From assembly GCA_043228905.1 (NCBI GenBank), contig JBHGNT010000012.1, positions 4,030,001 to 4,094,000 on the forward strand: a stretch of DNA of 64,000 bases, in the 5' to 3' direction. This document shows, piece after piece, positions 38,062 through 50,589 of this stretch (position 1 is the stretch's first letter; each line of letters opens with the position of its first letter). The notes below the pieces were generated by a model that saw only the letters and a list, made by a program, of their open reading frames with translations, ran no database searches and was not told where the DNA came from. The stretch comes from Azolla caroliniana (taxonomy: Eukaryota; Plantae; Polypodiophyta). Made by a program: the position numbers and the translations under genes.

Positions 38062-41000
38062 TACACAGAAACCGCAACCGAATGAAACAACGGAAACGAG
38101 ACGAATGTGTATATGTATATATATATTATGATGAAAAAGGGGTTACAACCGGCAGGCCGGCAAGCGACAAATCTCCTACGCCTACGCACATGCACACAGA
38201 AGAGCGAGATGGAGACTTTGCCGAAAGCACCCGAGCATTCCACGGAGTAGAGTCAGCCTCCCGAAAACCTGCACAAAGCAAATACAGAGAAAGACAAAGG
38301 AGAAGAGCTCGGTCCCAGTCCGACAGCACTTCGTCTTTGACAAAAGCGATCCCTTTTACGATACCTCTCCCTCTCTTTTACAACCCAAGGAGGGAGGCCG
38401 TTACAACTTATTACATCATCTTTATTCTCGGTCCTTTCGGACAGAGATATGTCTCGATTTCCTACCTATCAAATCCGTGCGACCTAGGATATTCACATCC
38501 GCCGACTTGTACCTAAATATGTACATTACAACAAAACTTGTGCCTGTGTGTAAGGGCCGGTTCACGCACATCATTCTCCGATCCCGCCTAGGGATGGTTT
38601 TCTCCACGACATCCGCCCCCACCTCAACGCGCATCCACTAGTATGCGCCAAAATAGACTCTTGCCAGAGAAGACCGGCCCGCGCTTACCCTTCATCCTCC
38701 GGATCGTCATTTTCTCCGAACCGATCGTCCTCGCTATCCAAGTCGTCCGGGTCCGGTTCATCCTCGTGCCGCTTTTTGAATGCTTTGATCCTTTTCCCGG
38801 CCACCGGTACTGCCATCCTCGTCCCGTCATGCTCCGCGAGATGGTAGGTCCCGTTGTCGTTGGCGCTTGTCACCACGTAAGGCCCGAACCACCTCCTTGC
38901 AAACTTCCGCATCGCCTTGTGCTGGTTGTCGAGGCTACTGTCATATACCAGAACCCAGTCGCCTTCCTCAATTTTCTTCGGCCTTAGTCAGTGAGTCCGA
39001 TCGAATCGTCCCTTGTCGTTTACCCTCGCGGTCCGCAGCTTTTCCGCGGCTCGTCCCACATCCTCCGGTCTTCGCTCAAGCTGTCGGATTCGCGCCGCTA
39101 ACAGCTCCTCCCAGCTCATCTCGTCTCTCCAGTCCACCATGGCCCATGAGGAGATCTTTCGCTCCATTGGCATGACCGGCTTCTGCCCGTACATCAACTC
39201 CGCCGACATGAACCCGGTTACCGAACTGTGTGTAGTTCGGTCTTCCCACAACGCATAGGGTAAGAGCCGCGGCCAGTTTCTGACTTGGCCTCCATATGCC
39301 CGCATTAACGCTTTGACGATCGGCTTGTGTCCGTGTTTCCACCTTCCCATTCGCCTCCGGATTGTACATCATGGTGAGCGAGAGTTTAACCCCTAGTTGG
39401 TCAAACAACTCTTTAGCCTCTTGTGCGTCCAATTCTCTGCGGTCGACTACGATCTTTCCTACGCACCCATACCGGTATACCACTGCATCAATCAGAAATC
39501 GGCACACCGCCGTGGTCTTTTTGTTCGGCAACGCTTGGCCTTCCACTTGGTTCATTAGGTCCTCTCGAGCGAGCATCAGATATCGCATCTGCCCTACCCC
39601 TATCAACCATTGTCACTAGATCCACCATCCACTTGAAGTGGACGGTCGGACGGTAGGTCGGGTGGAGCTCGTCCCGATGTCGGACTATGGAGTGCATCTG
39701 ACAGCTTACGCAAGCCGTCACGAACCGATGCACGTCCCGGTATAGTTCCGGCCACCAGTACTTCCCCTTCAGCTTCTCGTGGTACGCCGTCAGCACTTCC
39801 ACCTGTTCCTCTTTCTTCACCACAACCCGGAGCAGGATGCCGTTTGTCTTCTTCGGGTGCTTCCATATGCACCCATCCCGTAGGAAGAATCGGTACGCTT
39901 TCTTCTGAATCCGGTTGGTCTCTTCCTTCATCCACGCCACGTCCGGTGTCATTGTCTTCAGGAACCCGTCGATCTGGAGCCACTCCCCATCGTACTTGCT
40001 CTCGTTGAACTCGTTAAGCGCCCGAGTGCTCCCCTTCCTTGTTGTTACGTAAGCCGTCTCGAAGAAGTCCACGCCGACTTCTTCGTCCTCCGAAACCATG
40101 TTGTCCTCATCATCGAATCTCGCCCCTGAAAGCATGTTGGCCATGGCGTTGTCCTTTCTGGAAATGTGTCGTATTTCCGGATTCAGGGACTTGATGTACG
40201 CTATCCATTTGAGCATTGCTAGGTCCGGCATCGCGCATTTGGAAACCATACCGAGAATCGGTAGGCAGTCCGTCTCAATGAACACCTCCGTCCCGATCAG
40301 GTAGTCATTGTCAGCCTTGACCGCCGAAACGATACCTCAGAGTTCGCGTTTAACATGGGCATACCCTCGTTGTTGTTCACTGAGGACTTTGGCGCCGAAC
40401 CGGATGGGGAACCTCATGCCATTCTCATCCTCCTAGTTTTCTACGGTCACGTAAATCGGAATGTCTTTACCGTAGACCGCTTTCCGGAGTGCCGACGCCG
40501 TAGCAAGTGCTTCTTTCATTTTCCGGACCGACTCCGTATGCTCCTCTCTCCACTCGAATTTACGCCCTTTCTTCAGCAATCCATAGAGCGGCTCTGCGAC
40601 GTTGGCATAATGCGGGATCCAGATATGGTAGAACACGCATGCTCCCAAGAATCTCCGGACTTCCGTGACCGAATTGTAGTCGCGCTTTATCGCGGAGATG
40701 GCCTCTACCTTGGCTAGCGACGGTTTCCGACCAAATGGCCCGCATAGGTGTTCGACGACCATGATCTCCGATTGCCCGAAGGCCTATTTTTCCCTGGAGA
40801 AGGTGAGCCTCGCGCCCTCTAGTCTTTGCAGCACCTTCTCGCAGTCATCGACGTGGTCCGCCACGAATTTCCGGCATCCGTCCGGTCCAATTGTCTCGTC
40901 CTTATCCTCCACCGGGCATCCTTTGATCGGGATGTTGTCTAAGAATGACATGGTGATGTCCGGGATACAATCCCTTAGCACTTTGTTCATTGCGTTCACC

Positions 41001-44000
41001 ATGTGGACTACCGAGTTCGTCCCTCCTTGCGGAAGGCTATACATCCGTACTAGGCTGAGAGGAGTCTGCATCGTCGTAATGTCCCCGCTCTCCCCGGCTA
41101 GCTGGAACTGATCGTATCTCGAGTATAGATCACCGACCGAGTAAATTGACTTTCCGGCGAAGGCCTCCGCGAACTCGTCTATGGTCGGTCCGATTCCTGC
41201 GTTAAGAATGGTCACCTTGTTCACCGGTTGCAGGTCCTAAATGAAGCGCAACGTGCCGTTCTTCTTGGGCAAGGTAAACCACCGCGTTAAGAATGGTCAC
41301 CTTGTTCACCGGTTGCAGGTCCTAAATGAAGCGCAACGTGCCGTTCTTCTTGGGCAAGGTAAACCACCGATTAGAATACGGAGCACTCGACGGTTCGAGG
41401 ATGCCCATATCAACCTTCTGTTTCAGCAGCTCCATTAGCTTCGGGATGTGAGCTCTGGGTACTGGAATCGGTTTGAGATTCCACGGTACATACGGTACCG
41501 TGAAGATCACCATCGGTTCCACAATTGTCAGCTCTACGCACCCAATCTCCTCCGGCGAGAATGCGAAGGCCTTTCCATGCCCCCAAGCATTCTCCAAAAC
41601 CGGTCCTCCTCCGCCGACAGTAGAAAGCCACCCCCACCGACCTTGAACTCTCATAGCATTATGTTGGTGAATCGGTGTCCTATGCCAGCCAGATCTCGTA
41701 AACTTGGGTCTGACGCGACCCCCTTCATCTGTAACTCGCTGCCCTCCGGCAAGGGTGCCGCGACTAGCCTCACCTTCCGGTCCACAGTCTTGTACTTCGT
41801 ATCCACTCGGGCCATCCGATCCGACTTGAGTCCTCTACCGAAGTCGGCGATGACTTCGTACATCTTTTTTGAACATACTGGAATCGTCCGGTCTTCACTA
41901 AGGCCCTCTCCGAACATCTTCCGTAACTTCCCCAAGGCGTCGTCAAGAGAGACTGCCTCCACGGCTCCGTTGATTTCCTCTTCGGGGGCGAGGAATCCGC
42001 ATGCCTTGAGTCGCTCTTCTGCCCGCTTCTTCTCCTGGCCAACGACGCTAGCTATTGTACAACCTCCGTTGTCGGAGAACCAAAATTTCCTACCTATGTT
42101 ACAGGATCTTCTGCCTACCGTGCATGTGTGGGGTTTTTCCAGAGTGTCCGGACTATCGCGTCCCCACGCCTTGATAGCCCTCTCTAAAAATCCCCTCAGC
42201 TTTCACCGCCGAGGGTCTCGCGGTTACGCTCGTGGTTCGGTCTACCGTCAGAAACTGAACGGAGTGACGCCCATCTTGGCTTTTGACTCGGGCATACGCC
42301 GAACCGTTGTCCATCACCTTCGTCTCCATGCGCGCCGCCGTGATGTACAGTTCTCCAAGTATCACCGAATGCGAGGACGTCTCCTGCACAAAGAAGTGTT
42401 GATCGATCTCGACATCGTCGATTTTCACTTGTACATTCGGGCAGGCTCCGTGTAGCTCCTCCATGATGCGCGTTGCTACCCGTATCTTCCACCTATGCTT
42501 GGTGTTGATCGACCACTTTCCCTTCTTGTAGAAGTCCATGGACATCAAGTTGATCTCGGAACCATGGTCTAGCAATGCCACCACCGGCTCTTGGACGTCC
42601 CCGATCCGAATAGGGGTTTCTGTAGTGGCCCTAGCCCAATGTAGACTCGAGTAGTGGCTTTCCACCAACTCGTCCTCCAGGGTCATGTCTTCTAGGTGCG
42701 TCATTCGCACCTCCACCGGCTTCTTAGGCTTCGGCTTCGTCGAAAGCCTTTTCTGCTTCACCAAGTCTACGATGGAGTCGTGGAACTCCTTCTTGGCGAT
42801 ACCAAGCACTTCCCTCAGCGACAACTCCACTTTGCTGTCGAGGATCCGTTCCTCCAGGACCTTTCATAGGTCCGTGGTCCTTTCAATCTCTATGCTCAAC
42901 TGGTAACTGGACTTCTTGGCCTTTGTCCGGTGCGCCGGATGCACTGACATCATTCTGCTTCGGCCTGAACCGAGTCTCATACTGTTGTGAAGGTCCAACC
43001 CCCCCGGTCTTTCCCGCGCGCTTGTCTTCCACTAAAACCTCGTAGTTCTGGCACACGGCTTCCACGAAGCCCGTCTTCTCTTCGACCGGGTCACTCCACC
43101 CGGTTACCTCCCGGACACGTCTTTCCACGTGGTCCATACCTCAAGCACCTCCGCGTGGATGCCCGGCATCGCCACCCGAGGGAATCGGGCCAGTCACCTA
43201 TCTTCTGGAATGTCCCTCATCACCATTTCGGCTCAGTAGGCCTCCAAGTAGCTCGTGGCGTCCTTTCCATCGAACCGGCCTATTGTGTTGACGATTGCTT
43301 CAATAGCCCTATCGAGGGCGCATGTGCCTTCACGCGCACTCAGTAATCGATCTATAGCTAAAGCCATGGCTTCTGCAAGCTCTGTTCCCCTCATCTTTTC
43401 TATTCCTCTATTGCTTGTTCACATTGGGTTCCCCAAATATGTCGCATTGTTACGCGCGTGTGTATAGAACAAGGTGGGACCACGGGGGACTTGGACCGAG
43501 GAATAACCGATCAAGAGTAGGAGCCAGAAAGACAATGGTCGTGCTTCCACACATAGACACACAGATACACAGAAACCGCAACCGAATGAAACAACGGAAA
43601 CGAGACAAATGCGTATATGTATATATATTTTTTGATGAAAAAGGGGTTACAACCGGTAGGCCGGTGAGCGACAAATCTCCTACGCCTACGCACATGCACA
43701 TAAAAGAGCGAGATGGAGACTCTACTGGAAGCATTCGGGCGTTCCGTGGAGCAGGGTCAACCTCCCGAAAACCTGCACAAAGCAAATACAAAGAAAGACG
43801 GAGGAGAAGAGCTCGGTCCTAGTCCGACAGCACTTCGTCCTCGACAAAAGCGATCCCTTTTACGATTCCTCTCCCTCTCTTTTATAGCCCAAGGAGGGAG
43901 ACTGTTACAACTTGTTACATCATCTTTATTCTCTGTCCTTTCGGACAGAGATTTGCCTCGATTTCCTACCTATCAAATACGTGCGACCTAGGATATTCAC

Positions 44001-44115
44001 ATCCGCCGACTTGTACCTAAAGATGTACATTACAACAAAACTTGTGCCCGCATGTAAGGGCCGGTTCACGCACATCATTCTCCGATTCCGCGTAGGGATG
44101 GTTTTCTCCACGACA
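37918..44115 (-). mobile_element. Two-LTR degenerate copy of the Trp-primed Gypsy family, with a gag deletion
   Basis: LTRs 37918-38611 and 43440-44115; TSD CCGG; PPT 38612-38623; degenerate PBS 43418-43435; PR (LLDHGSEIN), RT, RH and INT ORFs; 85-bp tandem duplication 41199-41368. Confidence 0.93.
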
Positions 44116-47100
44116 CCGGTTCTAGAGACTCCATCGGCCGGCCCGAGAACCAGCATGAGACCTAGAGTGATGGACGGTGGCGGCGGCAAGGCGGGCAACC
44201 AAGTTGACGACAAGGAGAACAAGGAAGAGGAGGAGGCAAGCGTAATCGAGGCTTGTGTAATTGGGGACGGGGTAGCCGCGGACAACGGACATGACAAGCG
44301 GCAGTGCCAGAACCTTACCCACACTGGTTCTAGAGACTCCAACGGCCGGCCCGAGTGCTGGTGTGAGACCTAGAGTGACGGACGGTGGCGGCGGCAAGGC
44401 GGGTGACCAAGATAACGACAAGGGGAAGGAGGTGGCTATGGACATGACGAGCGGCGGTGTCGGGACCTTACCCACACCGGTGCTAGAGACTCCGGCGGCT
44501 AGCCCGAGAGCCAGCGTGAGACCTAGAGTGACAAACGGTGGCGGCGGAAATGAGAATGAGGAAGATTGTAGCCGATGGAGGAGAGATCCCTTGACACCGG
44601 GGTCGGAAACTTCAACGGTTGCGTACCAACATAAGACCGAAGAGATGGGCGGTAGCTGTGAGGATGCGAGGCTCGGAGCGGACACGTGCGGAAGGACCAA
44701 AAGGGAGGCCGGGAGTGGCAAAGAGGAGAGAGTCAGGAATCGACCCGACTGGAAGATGAACCGGTCGGTAATCTGACACGACTAGAGGACAACGCGGAAG
44801 AAGATTGTAGCGGGGGCTAATCAACTGGGCCCGAACCAAAGAAGAGCCGGCAAGGCCAGGATTGTTCGGTCGAACCCGTACCGGCAAGATACGATCATGG
44901 AAGAGATTCGACCGAACCGGAACCCGATCGGTCGAGATAGATCCGAGCAAGGGCTATGCCGACATGATTGGAGGTCGAGGCTCACGAGTGACGACTACGG
45001 TCCGGTGGAAGACCGGAAACAAGAGGAACCCTCCACATCTATTCTAGAGACTTCGGCGGTTGTGGATTGACGTAAGACCGGAGGGACGACGGGTGGCGGC
45101 GAGGAGTCGAAGGCCGAAGCGGACGAGGTTAGGGTTTAGGGTATCCAGTGCAGAAAGATGGACGAGTGGGACGAAGAGGGCCAAATGGAGCCGGAAAACA
45201 CTACGACGACGAAGGAAGAAGAGGCCGACGTGGAGGTCGGGACTACGACAAGTGAAGGGCGTGAAACGGAGCATGCACTACGGCCGGCAAAGGGCCAAGA
45301 AACAAGCATGCACCCGGAAGAGCGGCAACGAGTGACCGGTGATAGTTGTCCGATCAAGCCTTTGAGAGGAGAGCATGGGACGGAAGGTGAAGGAGCGGTG
45401 AGTTGTCGGGATTGGCGGATGAACGACTAGAGCGGAGGATGGTGCGCGGAGAGCAAAGGGCTATGCACCAGGAAGAGAAAACGCGGCGTCCCGGAGGACA
45501 TGCGAGGCCAAGCGGGCCAAGAGGATGCAAGTCAGGATGAAGCGGTAATGAGAGCCGCGAAGGACCCCGATACAAAGGTCGGGATGATGGTACGCTCTAC
45601 CACGAGAGAGCATGGCGAGCAAGGGAGAAACAAGGAGCGCGTAATGGGGTCACCTGAGAACGTGTGTCTATTCGGAGGACGACATTGATGCACAGGAAGA
45701 GCCTACGGAAGGCAAGCGTGGAACAGAGAGAGACGGCACGTCGAGGTGCTCGGGACGAGGAGACGGTCGAACCAAAGAAGGGACACACGCGGCACCCGAG
45801 GCACGGAATCCAGCGTACAACCGGAGTGACCGGAGGCCTAATCGGAGGGCATACGTGGCAGACAAAGGAGGAGCGACCGGATCGACAACAATGTTCGGGA
45901 GGACCGATCGGGGAAGAAGGTGTGAGCGTCGGATATGGCGGATCAGATGGAGCCAACGGATCAGGGTAGGTAGGAGCCAACAAGGCGATCAGGTGCCTGG
46001 ACGACAGAGAACCTGGTTGATCACCGTCGCTGAAATCTCTCACCTTTTCCGTTCATGGCACATACCGGTGGATGTGCGGTTTGGTGGGGGTGGATGTCCT
46101 GAAGATTTTTGGCTTTGCTTTGGTGTAAAACCTAGATAGAATGGGCAAGTCCGCAATGTGCAACATGTGCACACGTATAGTAAGAAAATGGTGTATAGAA
46201 TAAGGGGGAGAATTTATCTCATATTGTAACGTCCCGCCCTCCTTGGGCTATAAAAGGAAGGGAGGGGTCTCTAATGAAGGGGTTACCTATTTTGAGTGAG
46301 AGAGGTATACCACTTAGGTTGAGGGTTTCTATTTCGGTTTTAGGGTTTTACTATTCTTCTTCTTCTTCATACCATTTCAGGTTTAGGGTTTCGCTTAGGG
46401 TTTCTTCTTCATCATCTTCTTTACTTTACTTATCCAGTTAGGGTTCCATATAGTGTTTTCGTTCGGCCTATGCGGCCATGGTTGTAAAGCATTTGGCGTT
46501 TCTTAATATAACTCGTTTGTGTATCTTGCCTCCATCCATTCTATGTTTATGCCCTATTCTTTCTCCTCCCCTCTTGAGCTAAGCTTCCATTCCCCCTCTA
46601 CTCCCTAGTCCAAGACCCCCGCGGTCCCGCCTAAGATCTTACACGTACTCGCGGAATACCGCGACACCGTTGTTTCCATAGAATCCAAAGAGTTATTGGG
46701 TTGATCAATTCCAACATATCTTGAGATTTGTCATTAAGAGAAGTGGAGTGGACATTGCCGCTGGAGGAGAAAAAAACCTCTTGTGCTTTTATCACCAAAT
46801 TCATCCCCTCCTCCTGATGCTCGTATCTGCCAATTGCGGTCTACCATGATAGCCAACATATATTTCCCCACTTGATTGAGCCTTGCACTTGGCATAATTG
46901 CAACAAGCGGCCAACCCCTTGCCATATTCGATGGGATGTTGGACAGTCCCACAGAACGTGTTGTATTGATTCTACTGCATATGGGCACGCTACACAATTG
47001 GGAGAACTAAGGTTCCCACGTTGCCATGCTCCCACCGGTAGGGACTTATGTATTAATAGCCATTGGAACATCGTAATTCGCCTCGCGTGTTGTTGTTTCT

Positions 47101-48827
47101 AGATTTTTTGCCAAAACTTGGTGATTATTGTGGGAAGAACTTGAAATGTGTGCCAGACCTTCGCAACAGCCGGCTCTCGGGTGGTTTGAGCAGCTAGAAT
47201 GTGGCGACCCAATCTAGTTGTGAATTGGAAGAAAGGGATGGGTTTGCTTCCTTGCCCTACGTAAGGATCACGCCATGTCCATTGCAAAGGGTCCCAACTG
47301 ACCTTACGTAGCCATGTGTTTTCATGAGTACATATATGCCAATCGGGTTGTACTTTGATCGGATCAAGATCTACAATCCATTTATGACCAATATACGTGA
47401 GTACTCGAATTGCGTTATTCTGTGTTGGTGTCTCAATGTCTCGTAGTTCAGAACCTTCGAGCATGTCTGTTGGTCTCGTACCTCTCAGGATCAGAGATCC
47501 CTCCTCCTCGTGGCCTATCCATTTCTCCATTGTCGTCCTTTGAGTAGCAGATTCCCTAATCAGTAGAGCGTTAATGATTTCCGATCTCATAGCCCATCCA
47601 CCCCTGATTTCATGGAGTATGTTTGCCTGATCTTGTAGTGGTAGTGACATAAACCGTCTCCAACATTCTATACTTTTTCCTGGATCTTCTGCAATGTATC
47701 CCCATGACAACCCCTTACGTGATCCCAGTAGTTGATTAGATTCATCCTTGATACATGGGTTCCGTAGGATACATTGACTGAGCCAGGCAGGTTCGGATCT
47801 CGGTTGATCACACTTGAGCCCTCGTCTAATGTCACACCATGCCTTCCACATGGATGCACTGAATCTATCCTCCAATTGGCGGGAGAAACTAGGTTTGAGA
47901 TCCATGTTTAGATTCCATCCCGTTTGGGGGGCCCAATTAACCCCTTTTCGTGGCCTAAAGTAAGCGAAACGTAACTACAATAGCATTTTCCAACAGTCAT
48001 TTCCTGGTTGGAGTCCTCACACCACAAATTTGGCAAGTAAGGCTTTTGATTGTGAAAGGGGATCAATAAGACCCAATCCCCCTCTCGACTTAGGCATTGT
48101 GAGCTACATGGTCTTCCTTACCAGACCAAATATAGTTGCAGACTAGTCGTTGAATTTGATGTATACTTTCCTAGGAGATTGTCTAGCATGATAGACTATA
48201 CCATGTTGTTGCGAGTAGTACTTGGTTTGCCACTATGATGCGACCCATTAGCGATAGTTTTTTCAAGTTCCAATGTATCAACTTTTGTCAAATGGAATGG
48301 ATAACGAGTGCAATCATAGTCTCAAATGGTATGTTAAAACCAATTTGGAAACCCAAATATTTGGTGCTCGCTCCTTGATTGATCCATTTGAAAGCGGGAT
48401 GTGGGTCCCACGCCGGATGTGTTTCATGAGAAAGCCATATTGCGCAAGATTTGTGCCAATTAATTTCTTCCATTGTCAGTTAATTTGATATACATTTATA
48501 TAAAAGGATAGTTCTCAATGAAACCTAAATATAAAATGTAGTTATATCTTAACATATGGTACCAGATGATATTAGCATTTGATATCCGAACTACAAAATC
48601 ATGATGAGTTTTGGGTGCATGCATGTAACTTGATATCTATAGTAACTTATATTGAATTGGTGGATGTAATCCATGATGGTTATATGATAAAGTTTAAGTT
48701 CCTTGAATAATACGTGTGGTTCTTAAACATCACAAGCTCATCTTTACCTTCTGCTTTGTGTGTGTGACTAACCATAAATGTGTATCAATATTCAAACACC
48801 AAACCATTGGTAATGCATAGCCTAGAA

Positions 48828-49017
48828 GAAAACTTACTATAACAAGCGACAACATTATATACCATTTTACCATTGAAACGTATAAAAAGAGTCCACTGAG
48901 AAAGAATTTCTCAAACAATTGAAAAACTTACTATAAAGAGCGACAACATTATATACTATTTTTCCATTGAAACATATAAAAAGAGTTCACCAAGAATGAA
49001 CTTCTCAAACAATTGAA
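48828..49017. repeat. Two ~94-bp tandem copies, AT-rich, just 3' of the methyltransferase remnant
   Basis: AACTTACTATAA...CTCAAACAATTGAA starting at 48831 and 48925. Confidence 0.8.
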
Positions 49018-49078
49018 TAAAACCATTAGATTAATATGTCCAAATGATTTTACAAAAAGAAGGGTGGCATTACATAAT

Positions 49079-50576
49079 CTACATGGCAATCATGGTATCT
49101 TCATCATTCTCCTCATCGTTGTTTTCAAGACTCTCATCCAAATCTTGTGCATTGGTATTCGCTCCAGATAGGCTGGCAATGGTGAGATCTTCTAAAAGTT
49201 CATCATTGAGCTCAATAAGCTCCAAAGGCTCACCAGCCAATGGAGGGATCAGCTCACAAGAAGCTGTTTGAAAACATTCAATATCCGCAATGAGCTTTGC
49301 CCCAACCTCCTCATCTTGATCTGGGCATTCCCACAACGCTTTGATCCTCATGTTTATAAAACTTACTTGCTCCTCGTCCTTCTCCAATGCAACAAAATTG
49401 CGAAAGAGTTTCAATGCACATGCTGATGTTGTACCTATTACATAGTAAAGATATGACTTAGCTTGATAAGAAGTTTCAAGTATCCTATACAACAACGATC
49501 AATTAAAATAAGCCTAACATACCTGTGCCAAAGAATAAGTCCAATATCCAATCCCCCTTCGCTTGAGAACATCTCAATAAGGTGCATTATCAGAGGTTAG
49601 GGCTTCTGGTAAGGATTGACAAGACCACATTGTAGTGAGGATTTTTGGCTACGGTGAGAAACCCGCATGGGACGAATAAAACGGGGATGTGCAACATTGC
49701 ACATGCACTTAGGGAACTTGTAAAATAAGAATAAGAAAACAACTGTAAAAGGAAAGGTGAAATGTAATGTGCTAAAGTACACCACAAAGTTCATGAAGTG
49801 TAAATGTGATGTGCACTTAGGTGCACATGCACATGTGGACTAAGGGGAATGCATGGAAGTAAGGGTGTAATAAGTAGGGGGCATGGTGGTGTGTGAGTGA
49901 AAATGAGAGGAGAGGGAGTTAATGCCCCATTAATGTCTCCTCCTAAAATCAAGGCAAATATCCCTCTTTACAAAGAGTGGAATATTTGGCCTCTCCTTTT
50001 GTAATAAGCTCACCCTTTTTCACTATAAAAGGGGGTGAGGAGGCACCATTGCGGGGGTCACCATTTTGTCGTTTTGAGGCAGACCGTTAGGATTTTTTCT
50101 TCTTCATCTTATCCCTATTTCATTTTAGGTATTTGGTTTTAGGTTCCCCTTTCTATCATTTTTCTTGCTCTTGAGTAGGATTTCGTTTATCTTCTTTCTC
50201 CCTATCCAGTTAGGTTTTCGTCTAGTTGTGCTTCAGCCCAGCCTATTTGGTTGCGGTTGTAGATCATATCGTGGCTTTTCATAATGAAATTTGTTTGATG
50301 AACCTTGTCTTAGTTAGATAGCTAAAGATCTTGTTAATCTTCGCACAATGTTCTTCCCATTTTGTGCATGGAAGCGCATAAGTGTTACGCTCCCATTTCC
50401 CCCTCTTTTACTCCCTAGTCCAAGACCCCCGTAGTCCCGCCCACGCCGACATGCATGCACAGATTTCTGCGACAACGTTCTGTTGTGGTAACATGTCTCA
50501 ATTTACGAGTCACTATTGGATATGCAATAAGATTAGAACCCCCAACCTCATTCGAATGCTCCTTTATCCGTTGTTT
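49079..50576 (-). pseudogene. C-terminal half of a beta-class N4-cytosine/N6-adenine DNA methyltransferase (N6_N4_Mtase-like), intron-containing, disrupted
   Basis: Joining 50576-50479, 49630-49523 and (after GT-AG intron 49522-49435) 49434-49079 gives SNLIAYPIVTRKLRHVTTTERGLVNPYQKP*PLIMHLIEMFSSEG/DWILDLFFGTGTTSACALKLFRNFVALEKDEEQ...RIKAL; one stop (49599-49597) and one extra G (49553-49557). Confidence 0.8.
49631..50474 (+). mobile_element. Solo LTR of the Trp-primed Gypsy clade, inserted in the methyltransferase
   Basis: TGTAGTGAGGATTTTTGG...GCGACA; U5 motif CTAGTCCAAGACCCCCGTAGTCCCGCC; TSD ACAT/ACGT; reading frame restored on removal. Confidence 0.85.
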
Positions 50577-50589
50577 TCATATTTCATCA

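Larger units (their letters stand above)
31709..46666 (+). mobile_element. Second pol-less Gag/acidic-repeat LTR element, carrying nested Copia and Gypsy insertions
   Basis: LTRs 31709-32275 and 46095-46666; TSD CCGT; Trp PBS 32280-32297; internal pieces 37347-37917 and 44120-46094 homologous to 26800-30130. Confidence 0.9.
31400..48480 (-). mobile_element. Degenerate L1-type LINE (pieces ~31400-31708 and 46671-48480) hosting the 31709-46666 insertion
   Basis: Joined flanks read WILWKQRCR*VFSNQ...EIWSEIVATLKSQ; zf-RVT CVAC...ESIQHVLWDC; KYLGFQIG. Confidence 0.8.

Noticed and set aside
37437-38516. 359-aa ORF as a novel gene
   Set aside because: Non-autonomous element coding region reading through into an antisense LTR with a (CA)n tract
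41199-41368. 85-bp tandem duplication in RT as a programmed feature
   Set aside because: Absent from the other two RT copies; simple inactivating duplication
41448-42455. 335-aa plus-strand ORF and similar long antisense ORFs in the retroelements
   Set aside because: Shadow frames of GC-rich pol; stops not conserved between copies
49435-49495. N-terminus of ORF 49079-49495 (MLYRILETSY...)
   Set aside because: Lies in the predicted intron; the coding part starts at 49434
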